Below the pieces are notes generated by a model. The model saw only the letters and a list, made by a program, of their open reading frames with translations, was not told where the DNA came from and made no database searches. A DNA stretch of 62,030 nucleotides, the filler included, from Sphacelaria rigidula (taxonomy: Eukaryota): the NCBI GenBank assembly GCA_964200075.2. It is 11 parts of 11 records of this genome, joined end to end, with 100 filler letters (N's around TTAATTAATTAA, not from the genome) between each part and the next. Parts side by side here need not be neighbours in the genome. Positions count along the whole stretch, not along the records: positions 33,891 to 39,438 come from CAXNAA020026433.1; positions 39,539 to 45,086 come from CAXNAA020026434.1; positions 45,187 to 50,734 come from CAXNAA020026435.1; 8 more parts are not named here. One strand, 5' to 3'. Position numbers and translations under genes: made by a program. This document shows, in pieces, positions 38,501-50,734 of the stretch; position 1 is the stretch's first letter, and every line of letters starts with the position of its first letter.

Positions 38501-40649
38501 ATCACCCATGAAATGTCAAACAGCACACAATGTCTACTCACATGTGAAAATATGCCGTGGAAGCAACGCGATTAATATACTACACCGACGCTGCAACAAC
38601 AACAAAACAATAGAAGAAGGATTGGCTCTTGATCCGCATTAAAAAATCGATATATCCAGGTCTGCCTGCCTGCGAGTAACCTCCGTACATGAGATTTATT
38701 TTTTCTTTCACCATGCAGTTGAGGAAATCTATGCACAAGCCAACCCTCCACAGGTCTACTCCCTACCAGGTAAACCCTGCCTCGAGTTGGGGCGCCAAAT
38801 GATGGATACAATGGTGGGTGACTCGATCAGCTCCCACCCATCCATTTATCGGAGGATGTTTTTATCCATTATTTTCCCTTTTGTAGTAACGTCCCAGAGC
38901 CCTTCTGTGACTACCACGAACTATAACATTGTCATTACCGCACCACAAAACGATTGTACATGCGGCCTTGAGCACAACACGACACACGCAACAAGACACC
39001 CGGGAGTCCGTCCAGCAACACAGGTAATATCATCCAGTTCAGGTACGAGCCAAGACGGGGAACAGAACCGGGAGGGTATCGTGGCAACATGTACTGGCAG
39101 CTCTATCCTCAAACCCTAGTGCCAAGATTGTTCAACCATCTTGAAAATAAAAAAGAGGGCGATGAAAAACAGTTTCCCACTGTTGCATCTCATGCAACAA
39201 CAGCTTTACCATCACGAGCACTGAAACTTTGAAAAAGAGTACATGTGATGACCACAATAAATGCTGAATTGCCACTCATCCGCAATGCTCTTGGGGCTTC
39301 TTCCCGCGACGACCCCTGCGTCCGGGTTCACACCTTACCGACGCTCTCGCTGCCCGTACACCATAGAACAGCCGATCCTAATTTTTGGGGTTGAAACAAA
39401 ATATGAGGTTGAAGTTCTATCCCTCCATTGCAGGGAAGNNNNNNNNNNNNNNNNNNNNNNNNNNNNNNNNNNNNNNNNNNNNTTAATTAATTAANNNNNN
39501 NNNNNNNNNNNNNNNNNNNNNNNNNNNNNNNNNNNNNNAAGCAACGACAGAGAGGAAGCTCCTCGCCCGTGTCCTTTGTGTGTCCTTGCTCGGCGATTAC
39601 CAATCGCTCGAGAGACTGGCATCATCGAAGTTATCAGCATGTGCCTAATCTATTATGTGCCAGAACATCGAGCATGCGGAGAGATTTCGTCTCTTCATGC
39701 CTATGAAGCTCACCATTGCGAAGATCGATTTCTCTCTGCCTCTCTTTTATGACAGGACGCGCCTCTGTGCGCTGAAAAACATGTCGTTGAAAAACAGGGC
39801 AACGTTCCCGTCACACACTTAGGGTTACGGTTAGGGTGCACTTACGGGGAGGGTGCAAGCGCTTTCCGTCGCTGGATCAGACCCCGTTTGGGACCGTCAG
39901 GAGGGATATCCAAACTACAGCTGATGCGAGTTCTAAATTTAAAGAAACGGCTCGGATTTTGCAAGCGCGTTGCTCTACAGTAGTATAGTTCGACAACCTC
40001 ACCGCAAAACCGGTTCTCAACACAGCCATGGCGGAGGTGGCCATACAAGGCGTGATAGCTGGTTCAGACTGGATGAAGCGCCTCGCATGGGCACTGCAGG
40101 CGAAACAACCCCAAGCGTGGGACTAACCCTTACCCCCGTTGTGTGTGTCTACAGCTTTATTGTGGGGCATCCATTTAATCCAACTAACGACTGTACTGTA
40201 GCAGTGCTGTACTCTGGTGTGCCGGTATATCTCAGCAGACTGCTGAATGATGCTGCGTTTCAATGATCGCTAGCGTCTGTCGCCGCATTGTGTCGTTTCG
40301 CTGACGGCGGTCGTCGCCGGCGCAACAGTATGAAGTCTCTCTCAGATACTCAACAAGAGGCGCTCGAAAACTCGATGACTAGTCCAAAGAAGTATGTTCT
40401 CAGCAAGCTTTGTTACGTGCTCCGTAGCGCTCAGACGGAAGTCCTGCTCAAAAGATGCCGCACAATCAATGACGGCGGTTTTTCTGTGGGACTGCTCATC
40501 ATCATGCTTGCGCTGCTGTGCAGAAACTTCTGGGTTAGGGTTACATGGTCGAAACCAGTTGCGAATCGCGAGCCTTTTGGACAAAACAAATGAAATTTCG
40601 ATGGTCAGTTGAACCTCACTCAAATGTTGCACCTCAAAAACGAATCCAG

Positions 40650-43186
40650 GCTGTTTTCAGTCGTTCGGTCCACTTATATACCGTGTTTGTTTCTTATAAA
40701 CTCACCAGAATAAAAACTATTATATAAATACCCGGTCACGACAAAACCCTAGACAAACTGGACAGCTGGCGCTCTCGTAGTCATTTCCGGTTTACCTCCA
40801 GTTACAGCGGAAATCAACAGTATTAACTGGTCCAGTCCAGTTCCCAGCCTAATTAATGCAGGTGTTCGGTGTACGTTCCCATAGGAGGTGACACCATCCA
40901 AATTCAGCCCACGATTCAACACTCAAGGAGGACGGTTAGCTAGAAGAGTATCTCCCACCTTTTCTGTGTTTACGCAATACAACTCACTTCTGCATGTTGT
41001 ACTTGCTTGTTCGCCCCGGTCCTATACTCGAAATCTGATTGTAGAAAATGCTACAGTTGATAACATGCCGGTGGTTTTACCACGGTAAGGTTATCAAGGA
41101 GTACTCCTCAAATTTCAGCTTTCGACTCTTAGAGAGGCCGTGCAAAGGTGGTCAACCGCCCAAAAATGCTTCAGACTAGCTCAGTTCGTAACGTTATTAC
41201 CGAAAGCAACTTATTCTCCAACTTCTTGCTCTTTCCAACCACTTAACATCATCGCTTCCAACACCCGATGGTCACGCATTCGCTCACGGTTCAACTGTGT
41301 TTCCTTCCGTACGTTCCTCGCTGCACTTTCCGCAATCGTCCCTTCGCCCTTCTCCTGATTCGTCCGACATCAGCAGATGCTCCGTGTGCACCACCCATGT
41401 CTCTGTATCGCAGGGAACGAATCCAATGCCGAAGGGCGCCAAGAAACAGTTCCCCTTCCTCTGCCTTGCGTGTGGCGTGGACATCGGTATCAGCACTCCA
41501 TACCACCGCATGACCGACCCCACCGGCGGTAAAGACAGGGTAAACGCTCATGCCGACGACCGCAGCTGCGTTGAAACCCTAGTCAAGGCGGACGAGAACA
41601 GTTCTCACCCTTGCAACGAATGCAGAGCCCCCCCTACCTTAAAACTCCTCTTTGACCTGTCAGCGGGGGATAATGACGAAGACGTCATAAGGTGTCAAAT
41701 CTGCTTCTACCACACTTGTGCTGAGGTCTCGTCTGCTTTCCAACGGCACTTGTTCCAAGAAAAAGAGGCGTTTGCCTCGAGAAACGACAACTCCACTCCT
41801 CGGAAAGTACCGCGGAACACCACCTGTTCTCCCCCCCCTGGTGGAGAGAACCCCGTGACGCCACCAAGCAAAACGAACCTCAACCCCACAAGAAAATAAA
41901 CAACCCAACTCGATAGGGTACTCGGCTAACGGCCACCAGGAGCGGAGCCGGACTCTGAACCACCGCCTACGGTAAGCACTACCACCATGCATTTCGTTTC
42001 GCCGTTTAACCCATTTTCTACCATGTATAGTCCCCATTTTCATTCTGTCCTCTCCCACCTTCATCAATGCTTGCTTTTATCGGTGTCAACCTTTTTTTTG
42101 CTTTCAAGATGCCTTAGTGCAATCGCCAGCCTCCACACTTGTTCACGTCTCGTCCTTCCTTCACTCTGCCCCTTGCCTACCATCTTTCTACTGCGATGTG
42201 TTCCAAGACCAGATGCCTACATTCAAAACATGACCGACTTCTTCACATTCGACAACATTCAAGTCAGCCTTCGGCAGCATCTGTTACTGCTTAGCGGCTT
42301 CGTTCCTTCTCATCTTGGGCTCCGTTTCTTTTGGCGTTGTGTCGTCTTCTGTGCCTGAGCTTCATCTCTCTTTGCTCGTACAGAAACGTGGTTACATCAA
42401 TTTCCACCAAGCGTGCCTATTTTGTTTTCCCGGCGCTTTTGGGGGGCAAGAGGGGGGGTGTGTGTGTGGGGGGGTGTCCCCTGAGTCCATATGGAGCTAT
42501 TTTAAACATGACGAAGTATCTGATTTTCGGACGGGAAGATCAAGTTTCTCGAACTTTGATTAGCTCAGGGAAGTTACACTGAACTAGTAATGCTCTTGGA
42601 GTGATCAAGTCGCTCGATATTGATGTTGAGTCAGGTCAGTTGATGTTACAATTGATGCTTCGGTGATGAAACCATTTCCTTATTTCCTTGAACCTGGGAT
42701 CCATTCAAACATTACTACTAGGTCTATTAGGGGTTGGTTCTTGTTCCCTGCGATATTTTCGATTCATGCGTTTGCTGTTACTATACGTCCATACAGCACT
42801 AGGTGACAAGTTGGTCATCTAGATCGCACACAGACAATTGTAGTTCGATCGCTTTTTGCGGGCCTGTTCTTTTTGTATACCGCTATTGTGTAAAGACTTC
42901 CTCTGTCAACTCTTGGTTTCATGGTTATGGGTGGTATGCTCCTTGCACCCCGTGACCACGGTTCGGAGGGATCGAACTAGAGTGTTCGAGGAATCAAACT
43001 AATGTGACGTGAGCATCATAAATAAAAAATGACAGTACTCCGCCGGTGGAAGTTGGGACGCAATGTGCCCGTACCATGTCTTTTGCGCACGAATTACACC
43101 CGTGCCATGCCTTCCACGACTTTCCGTGAAAAATAAAGAATCCTCAAAGGACGAGCACGGCGCCTAAACTAGTCGCGGTGCTATCA
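40650..43186 (+). mobile_element. ~2.5-kb dispersed element with Cys-rich ORF; diverged copy at ~51110-53205 (-)
   Basis: Collinear similarity throughout, e.g. ctggacagctggcgctctcgtag, aaacagttccccttcctctgccttgcgtgtgg, gcgcctaaactagtcgcggtgctatc. Confidence 0.8.
41297..41899 (+). CDS. Putative double zinc-ribbon protein inside the dispersed element
   Basis: CSVC...CLAC and CNEC...CQIC motifs. The first pair is conserved in the second copy (52212-52730, -). Confidence 0.4.
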   Translation: MFPSVRSSLHFPQSSLRPSPDSSDISRCSVCTTHVSVSQGTNPMPKGAKKQFPFLCLACGVDIGISTPYHRMTDPTGGKDRVNAHADDRSCVETLVKADENSSHPCNECRAPPTLKLLFDLSAGDNDEDVIRCQICFYHTCAEVSSAFQRHLFQEKEAFASRNDNSTPRKVPRNTTCSPPPGGENPVTPPSKTNLNPTRK

Positions 43187-43610
43187 ACAATGGAAACAAA
43201 ACAGTTCGGTTTTATACACTACGTCCACAGGATTGAAATGACTCTTGTTACCTGAGGGAAAGTGCCCGCTTTGGGTTCGGCGAAACCTGCGAAGATACTG
43301 TCGAACAGCACCACCAAACTTTGCCGGCATTGACATGTACCAATCAGTACAGAATCGAACGGAAATCGACAGTTTAACGTTCATATGAGAAAGCAACGGG
43401 CATAAAACGATTTGCAGATGGGAAAAGGGGGATTTCATAGAGGAGAAACTTTCTGTTTCCCCATGTGTGTCACATGCACTCGCAAAACCTATGTCGTCGT
43501 TCCTTCATATCTGGCGGGAGGACGGGGAAGCCACAGTTCTTCATGTAGCAAGAGTCATTTCAATCATGCGGATGTAGTTAATAAAATCGAACTGTTTTGT
43601 TTCCATAGCT
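43187..43610. mobile_element. MITE with ~65-bp TIRs
   Basis: atggaaacaaaacagttcggttttat...gattgaaatgactcttg is inverted against caagagtcatttcaatc...ataaaatcgaactgttttgtttccat. Confidence 0.75.
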
Positions 43611-43779
43611 GTTCCGAAATTCGGTACTTACATGTCGTTACGGTGGGCGACGTCTTTGCAGACGGCAGTTAGAAGTGTAGAGCAACGAAAGCTCCAGATT
43701 GCAGCATTGACGCACCCCTCTGCACCACACTCAAATAGTTAGGTCACCACCATCGGTATCTTCAAAATATCTCTGGCAG

Positions 43780-44336
43780 GAAGGCATTCTATTCCGTGCT
43801 TTCTTTTGCAGCGCACGAAGAAGGCGCAGCAGTACATTACCGCTCAGGTTTCGGTATAATCTGATACCTGTGGTGCGTGTTCTGGCCACCGAAAGTTGCT
43901 CAAACTGGCTCATTTTCGCGGGGTGTCGATCCCGAACCACAAAAGCCTTTTCAAGATGATGGAAAACTTCAAACAGGAACCCAAACTACAAAAGTCTGTT
44001 GAAGATCATCGTTCGAACAGGATAAATCTAGGCGGGGTACTTTTACACCATGAATTTCTTCGCGTTCTTGTTGATTTGGGAGCACAAAGACAACGATTAC
44101 GCAGCGAATGTCACGAAAACATGAGAGCAAAACACTTGAAAACAATTGAACATTGTCTTGGCCTTAGTCAGCAGCAAACACAAGTCGAATGATCTGAGAT
44201 CCCTTATTATTTAGTTTTGACATGAAGCCTCCGACACCGTCAAATCTGCGTAATGTGGGTCCCAGTTATGTAAAGCCAACAGTCCTTATCGCTCTACAGA
44301 GAACAAGACCCACGGGTCCTGTTCACAGGAAACTTC
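43780..44336 (+). repeat. Dispersed repeat ending near a GC hairpin; inverted copy 48558-49115
   Basis: Strong reverse-complement similarity between the two copies; terminal hairpin acaagaccc-ac-gggtcctgt. Confidence 0.8.
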
Positions 44337-44846
44337 CAAGGGCAGGTCGAGAAGTATGTACTTCTGAGTACTCGAGTAAAATACTCAAGTATTTACTCTA
44401 CTCAACGTTTGAGTAGGTCGAGTACGGCCTCAACTACTCTACTCAATTTTTGAGTAGATCGAGTACGATTTCAAATACTCTACTCAAATATTGAGTGAGC
44501 TCTCTCAGTAATACTTGAGTTGAGAGTATCACTTGAGTATGACCTCAATACTCTACTCAAATTTCGAGTACACTGAGTATGACCTCAAATACTTTACTCA
44601 AATGCCGAGTACGTTGAGTACGGCCTCCGATGCTTCACTCAAATTTTGAGTAGGTTGAGCACGACTTCAAATACTCTACTCAAATATTGAGTAAGCACTC
44701 TCACTGATACTTGAGCATAGAGTATCACTTGAGTATGACCTCACTACTCTACTCACTTTTTTAGTACGTTGAGTATGGCCTGAAATACTCTATCTACTCA
44801 ATTTTTGAGTACGTTGAGTGCGGTCTCAAATACTCTATCGACTCAC
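44337..44846. repeat. hAT-like terminus followed by a higher-order 41-bp hairpin tandem array
   Basis: Starts CAAGGGCAGGTCGAG (same as the TIR at 45353). About nine units of tactctactcaaattttgagtaggttgagtacggcctcaaa, two of them expanded to ~73 bp. Confidence 0.85.
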
Positions 44847-44872
44847 AATATGATGATGTGAGTAGATAGAGT

Positions 44873-45086
44873 GTGTTTGTGTGTATATTGTCGTTCCATT
44901 TATTTTAGGCGCCAGTCTACCTCTTTCGGGACATGTGGGCGCATCAGCCGGGGTCACACCGGAGGAAGGTCAACACAGAAGCTTTTTCTTTAATATTTGT
45001 TTTGAGTACCCCACCTTCCTTCTGTGGTGCTTGCCTTTTTTTTTTATCGCGAGAGGGGTTCAGCGGTCCCTTTTCCTCGTCGACCG
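44873..45086 (-). mobile_element. SINE 3' half (same family as 13885-14296), cut by gap
   Basis: tgggcgcatcagccggggtcacac...ttcagcggtccctt...cgtcgaccg. Confidence 0.75.
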
Positions 45087-45352
45087 NNNNNNNNNNNNNN
45101 NNNNNNNNNNNNNNNNNNNNNNNNNNNNNNTTAATTAATTAANNNNNNNNNNNNNNNNNNNNNNNNNNNNNNNNNNNNNNNNNNNNAAATGTGGAAGGGT
45201 GGCTGACACACTTATGAGCCTCGTTTTCCGTGCAACCAAATACCCCCCCCTATCGTAGGATGGCTCACATGATCTACTAAGTGTGGCAAGGTGGGGGCGC
45301 ACTCGAATGCGTCGCGCGAAACTAGCAATAGCGAAGTGCACGGTCAAGGTTC

Positions 45353-45554
45353 CAAGGGCAGGTCGAGTGGTGTATAGTCAGTTGCGGGGTATTTTGAAAG
45401 TCGTGCTTGAAGTACACAATTTGGGGGTAGGTCTTGAGATCGCTTTCCAGTTGTTTTTGGGTACGACTCCCAATAGTCAACCCTAATTTCAGGACCTCAA
45501 GTACGTCTTTCAAAATATCTCGCAATTGAGTAAACTCTACTCGACCTGTACTTG
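45353..45554. mobile_element. hAT-like MITE
   Basis: TIR caagggcaggtcgagtgg / ctactcgacctgtacttg; 8-bp flanks caaggttc / aaaggttc. Confidence 0.75.
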
Positions 45555-45994
45555 AAAGGTTCGAAAAGTCTCAACCCCTCTCTTCCTTGGTACGAGTCCG
45601 TGGTCTCAAGGGATCAACACATCCTTCCCCGCAGTACAGTACACGCCTTAATTTTAGGCACAGCGGAGTGGATCATGACCGACACTCCAGCAACGGGTAA
45701 ACTCTCGTCAAAGAAGTAAACTACTGGGGGCTACTCACATCCTCGAGGACAGAAAACAAATACTTGTTGAGGAAAAAACAAGAAAAATGTGCCCGGAATT
45801 TTGAACTCGCGCTCTCTCGACCCGATGGCGTCAATAATTGTACCCTTGGAAGATTACCGGGGGGCGTTCGAGAACTGGTTTGCGGTAACCGTCTGTGACG
45901 TGGTGCACAACATTGTACTACAGTAGCTATGCGACGTTCTACTGCTCTGCACTGCAGCGATTGATGACTGACTGCACAAATTGACAACCGGAGG

Positions 45995-46280
45995 ACACTT
46001 TCTACGATAACACCCCCCCCCCTCAAAAGACAAAACAAAAACAAAAACAGCCCAGAAGTGTCACGAAAAAAATGGACATATAGCGCCTGATGTTTGGGAT
46101 CAGGCTGCATGAAGCGCCTCATATGGGCGACATTGGCGAGGACGAACCCAAGCGTGGGAATTCCCAGCCGCTCGTTGTGCTCGGCTTCTTCCATTTCGAT
46201 TTACGTGAAGGTTTTACCTCTCCAAACCTGGCACTTTTTTTTTCTTCTTTTGGGGGGGGGGGGCTATCGTAGAAAGTGTC
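45995..46280. mobile_element. Complete GACACTTTCTACGATA-(C)n MITE
   Basis: gacactttctacgataacaccccc ... ggggctatcgtagaaagtgtc. Confidence 0.85.
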
Positions 46281-47064
46281 GGCGGTCAACCTCCATTTCG
46301 CTGTGAGATTTGAATTTGATGCTGTTGCCCAGCGCTCATCTGCCGGCGAGGCTGCCTGAGCTACTACTAACAAAGATGAGGCTTCATTCGACGGGGCCCG
46401 GCAAGAAAGCATAATGGAGTCCTTCGAGTCATCATAGACAAACGTGTGCAAAAAGCGACAACAAAAACATCGGAGTTCACTGCACGAAAACAATCCACGG
46501 TTAGGGATCGATTCGTACGAGTCGAATCAGTTATACTAAAACCAAGTAGTTTCCAGACGAATCATTATTTGTCCGACCCTTGAAACAATCACGCAAACGC
46601 ACTCGGATAACATTTCGAAACTCGTGTGGCGCGTATCCCGCCACCAAAAAACAACGGAACTCAAATTGCAGGAATTGATCCGCCGATCGCTTGATTGATT
46701 GCCGCACATTAGCTGATCCACGATGGACCGATCCGTGATAACAAGCGCAGGTACACATTCTACTACAAACCGAGTCACACCTTGCATTGAACCCCAACGT
46801 AGTTGACGGTAGTGCCCCCGCTGTCTCGAAGCGCAGCAACGAAAAACTGATTCCAAAACGTCGTTGCATCCGCACGGTAGTTGAGCAGACACACGCTCGT
46901 GTCCGCACCCTCCTCTATCGCCTGGCGCAAGTCGTCACACCCGCAAATAACAACAACAATAATGATGAGAAAAAATCGACCGCCAGTGTGCAAAACATCC
47001 GTGGTTGCGGTGGGGCTCGCAGCTAAACAGGAAAAACCGCAGGCGATTGATTTCAGGAGCTATA

Positions 47065-47898
47065 CTTCCTCTGTTCCGTAAGTCTGTGCAGTTATGGACC
47101 TTTGATCGTTTGGGTATTTCAACGCTGACGATCATCCCACGGTTGGGCTCGTTAGAGAGATACCGCGCAGACGAAGCTGACTAAAAAAAGAAAAGAAGCA
47201 AAAAAATTTCGACACCAAAATGATATAAAATAATACCCCATTTTGGTCCACTTATATCCCAATGTTGACCGATTTTGGACGTTTTCACGTCGAACACTCG
47301 CGATTACATGCTGAAAATTCATTAGATGGGCCGTGGGTAGGTAGGTTAACGTCACGGAGATATCCAAATCAGAGGTGATTTTGCGGTTTCCCCTTTCTTC
47401 TTTCTTCGCGATTTTCGCAATTTCCGGGTCTCCTATGCTTACTGGGGAAAAAAGCGAAAAATGGCCAAATTTTGACCGACCTACTTTTTCCCGGCCGCGA
47501 TGCTGCACGGGTCAAGCACCCACGTTGTGGAAAAAGTGTTGTTCCTTAGCTCAAAAAAACGCCAACGAGTGCAACAAAAAAATCGAAAATCAAATCGGAC
47601 ATCGTTAAGGGCTGACACTTTCTACGATAGCCCCCCCCCCGAAACCAGCTAAAAGTGTCGCGAAAAAAATGGCCATACAGCGCCTGATTTTCGGGCTCAG
47701 GCTGCTTGAAGCGCCTTATTTTGGCGACATTGGCTAGAACAAACCCAAGCGTGGGAATTCCCNNNNNNNNNNTTTTCCCATTTCGATTTACGGGAAGATT
47801 TTGCCTCTCAAAACCATGCACTTTTGGGGGGGGGGGGGCTATCGTAAAAAATGTCGGCTCGTACAAACATAGCTGCACAGACTTATGAAACAAAGAAG
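47065..47898. mobile_element. Stowaway/Tc1-mariner-like MITE with a nested MITE at 47615-47855
   Basis: TA-flanked cttcctctgttccgtaagtctgtgcag ... ctgcacagacttatgaaacaaagaag; homologous to 49211-49802. Confidence 0.8.
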
Positions 47899-49210
47899 TA
47901 TATACATACACAAGGTTCCCCTTCGGCAGGTTGGTACGGGTCTCCCGGTGGTGACGCGAGTCGAAAATATATGGTCGAGAGAGGCTGTTCCTATGCGATG
48001 CCGTGCCCAATTTGAGGTACTGTTGGCCGTAACTTCACCAGGATGTCGTACAGGCGAGTGCCCGTATGTGTTGGAGCGTTGTCATCGTTTTTATCCATTT
48101 ATAAGGAAGTTAAAGCATTTTTCCTGCTTTTGCTGAAACTTCAACTCGCTCTGAATTCCTGTTTGTTTTTTATTTTTCCTCTGCACTCCCAATAGCGTTG
48201 AGCGGCTCGATGATAAAATGTCGTGTCAAAATATCAGCGCCCAACTCTGCGAACTACCAATGACATCTCCACTTTTCGTTCAAAAATCACTGTCAGCTGG
48301 CCCAGCTCGTAGCAGTTCATATTGCTTATGTATCTACAGATGGTGGAGCCCTGCATGCAGGGCTAAGTCTAGTGCACCTGTTTACCGATTTTGGTGTGGT
48401 GTATACTCAAGCTCACATAATGTGAGCTTGATGGCATCGTGTGCGCTGGCTTTGAGCTTAGAGCGTAAACACAGCTCCGTGGCTCCCCAGGTACAGACAG
48501 TTCAACAAAATCTCCCGCAGCAGTCTAGCCGACACCCGAGGAACTTTCCTCGTGGTTAGAAGTTTCCTATGGACAGGACCCGTGGGTCTTGTTCTCGGTA
48601 GAGAGATAAGGACTGTTGGGTTCGCGTAACTGGGACCCACACCACGCAAACTTGACGGTGTCAGAGACTTGAAGTCAAGAAAAATTAATAAGAGATCTCA
48701 AATCATTCGACTTGTGTTTGCTGCTTGCTGACTAAGGCCGAGGCAATGTTCAATTGTTTTCAACCGCTTTGCTCTCATATTCTCGTGACATTCGCGCTGC
48801 GTAACCGCTGTCTTCGTGCTCCCAAACCAACGAGAACGCGAAGAAAATCACGGTGTAAAAGTATCCCGCCTAAATTCATCCTGTTCGAACGATGATATTC
48901 AACAGGCTTTTGTGGTCCGGGTTCCTGTTTAAAGTTTTCCATCATCTTGAAAAGGCTTTTCTGGTTCGGGATCGACACCCCGCGAAAAAGAGCCAGTTTG
49001 AGCGACTTTCGGTGCCCAGAACACGCGCCACAGGTATCAGATGACACCCAAACCTGAACGGTAATGTACCACTGCGCCTTCTTCGTGCTCTGCAAAAGAA
49101 AGCGCGGGATAAAAAGCCTCCCCACTAGAGAAAACTCTGCACAAGTGATGAAAAATGCGAAATGATACATGTACACAAACATATATATACATATATATAC
49201 CTAGCATATA

Positions 49211-49802
49211 CTTCCTGTGTCCCATGAGTCTGGGAACTTATGGGCATCTGATCGTTTGGGTGTCCAAACGTTGACGATCATCCTACAGTTGGGTTCGTTA
49301 AAAAGATTAATTGCAAACGAAGCTGATGCAAAAAAAAAAGAATTGGTTGTCTACACTACAATAGTGCCCAAATATACCCATTCTGACCCTTTATTATCCA
49401 TTTATACCCCATCATTGATCGATTTTGGACGGTTTCACGTTGAGCACTAGCAACTACATGCCAACTAAATGTTGGATGGGGCGTGCGTAGGTTAACGTCA
49501 CGGGCATCTCCAAAATCAAGGGTGACTTCGCGATTTTCACAGTTTCTGGCCCATTTTTCGCGCGATAATTCGTGTTCCCGGGTCTCTCATTCTTTCCTGG
49601 GAAAACGCGCGAAAAATGGCTGTTTTTGGACCGACATACTTTTTCTCAACCGCGCGGCTGCATGGGTCAAGCACCCACGTTGTACAATGTTGGTTAAGGT
49701 AAAAAAAACGCCGACGAATGCAATAAAAAGATCGAAAATCAAATATTTCACCGTTAAGGGCTCGTACAACCATACGTTCCCAGACTTATGGGACAGAGGG
49801 AG
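49211..49802. mobile_element. Stowaway/Tc1-mariner-like MITE
   Basis: The right end, reverse-complemented, is CTCCCTCTGTCCCATAAG, close to the Stowaway CTCCCTCCGT consensus; TA on both flanks. Confidence 0.8.
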
Positions 49803-49827
49803 TATGAAGTCATCATAATTGACTTTA

Positions 49828-49950
49828 CCCTTTTGGAACCCACTGACGATTTTTGTTCTCGTGAACCGGCATCATTTTGACTTGAAAATGACTGAAAAAT
49901 GATGCCGGTTCACAGAAACAAAAATCGTCAACGAATTTCAAAACGGTTAA
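49828..49950. mobile_element. Palindromic piggyBac-like MITE; partial copy at 29516-29602
   Basis: cccttttggaa...gtgaaccggcatca / tgatgccggttcac...ttcaaaacgg followed by ttaa. Confidence 0.65.
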
Positions 49951-50026
49951 GGAAACAGCAACCGCGTTCGGCGACACTTACTTCCCGCTTCGTCATGGTT
50001 CAGCGAAGAAAAAACAAAAAAAACGG

Positions 50027-50734
50027 AACATTGTCTGGAGATCGCCTGCCGCTCCCACGATCTTCACACTCTGCTTCGTAAATGGGTCGGTTCTCTCCTC
50101 CGCTGGCTGCGATCATCGTGTCATGGCAGTCCACATGATGAATGATGTTAGTCCACATGATGAATGATGTCAGTCCACATGTGATAGCGGCCAGCGGAGG
50201 AGAGAACCAGTAGACTTCACCACTTGGTAGTTCAAGATAATTCTCGGAATTTCACGGCTTGTGGACAGGTGCAGTATTGAATTTTAGTGTAGACACCGAA
50301 ATCCGGATCATTGAAAGGGACTGTGCTCCTGGCGTGCTCCTAGCGTGCGCAAAACACGTTTTTGTCTAAATCGGCGCCTGGGGCGCTGCCGATTTGAGGT
50401 CTGGCAACGCACACTTCGCCTAGGGAATACGTTGAACCCCCCTTGCCCGAGGGTTCTGGGTATGTCTTCGTTAGGGTTGGGGTAAGGGTGAGGGTTAGTG
50501 TTATTCGGAATGCATCAGCACCTGCACAAACCGTAAATTTCCGAGAAATATCTGTCAGCTACCAAGTGGTAAAGTCACCTCGAGAGAACCGACTTATTCA
50601 CCAAGCATAGTGTGAAGATCGTGGGAGCGGCAGGCGACCTCCAGACGATGTTCAACGTTGTCGAGTTGAACACTGTCTGGAGGTCGCCTGCCGCTCCCAC
50701 GATCTTCCTACTATGCTTGGTAAATAGGTCGGTT
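50027..50734. mobile_element. Foldback element with internal 22-bp tandem repeats, interrupted by a telomere-motif element; a second copy starts at 50669
   Basis: aacattgtctggagatcgcctgccgctcccacgatcttc is inverted against gaagatcgtgggagcggcaggcgacctccagacgatgtt; agtccacatgatgaatgatgt repeats. Confidence 0.78.
50209..50581. mobile_element. TIR element with internal degenerate TTAGGG tract; related copy ~56767-57092
   Basis: gacttcaccacttggtag ... ctaccaagtggtaaagtc; internal gttagggttggggtaagggtgagggttag; gagagaacc present on both sides. Confidence 0.7.

Noticed and set aside
41297..41899. Fanzor/TnpB nuclease
   Set aside because: CxxC pairs are present, but I found no RuvC D/E/D motifs here or elsewhere in the window.
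44393..44846. CRISPR array
   Set aside because: The segments between hairpins are homologous to each other rather than unique spacers, there are no cas genes, and the array adjoins a transposon-like terminus.
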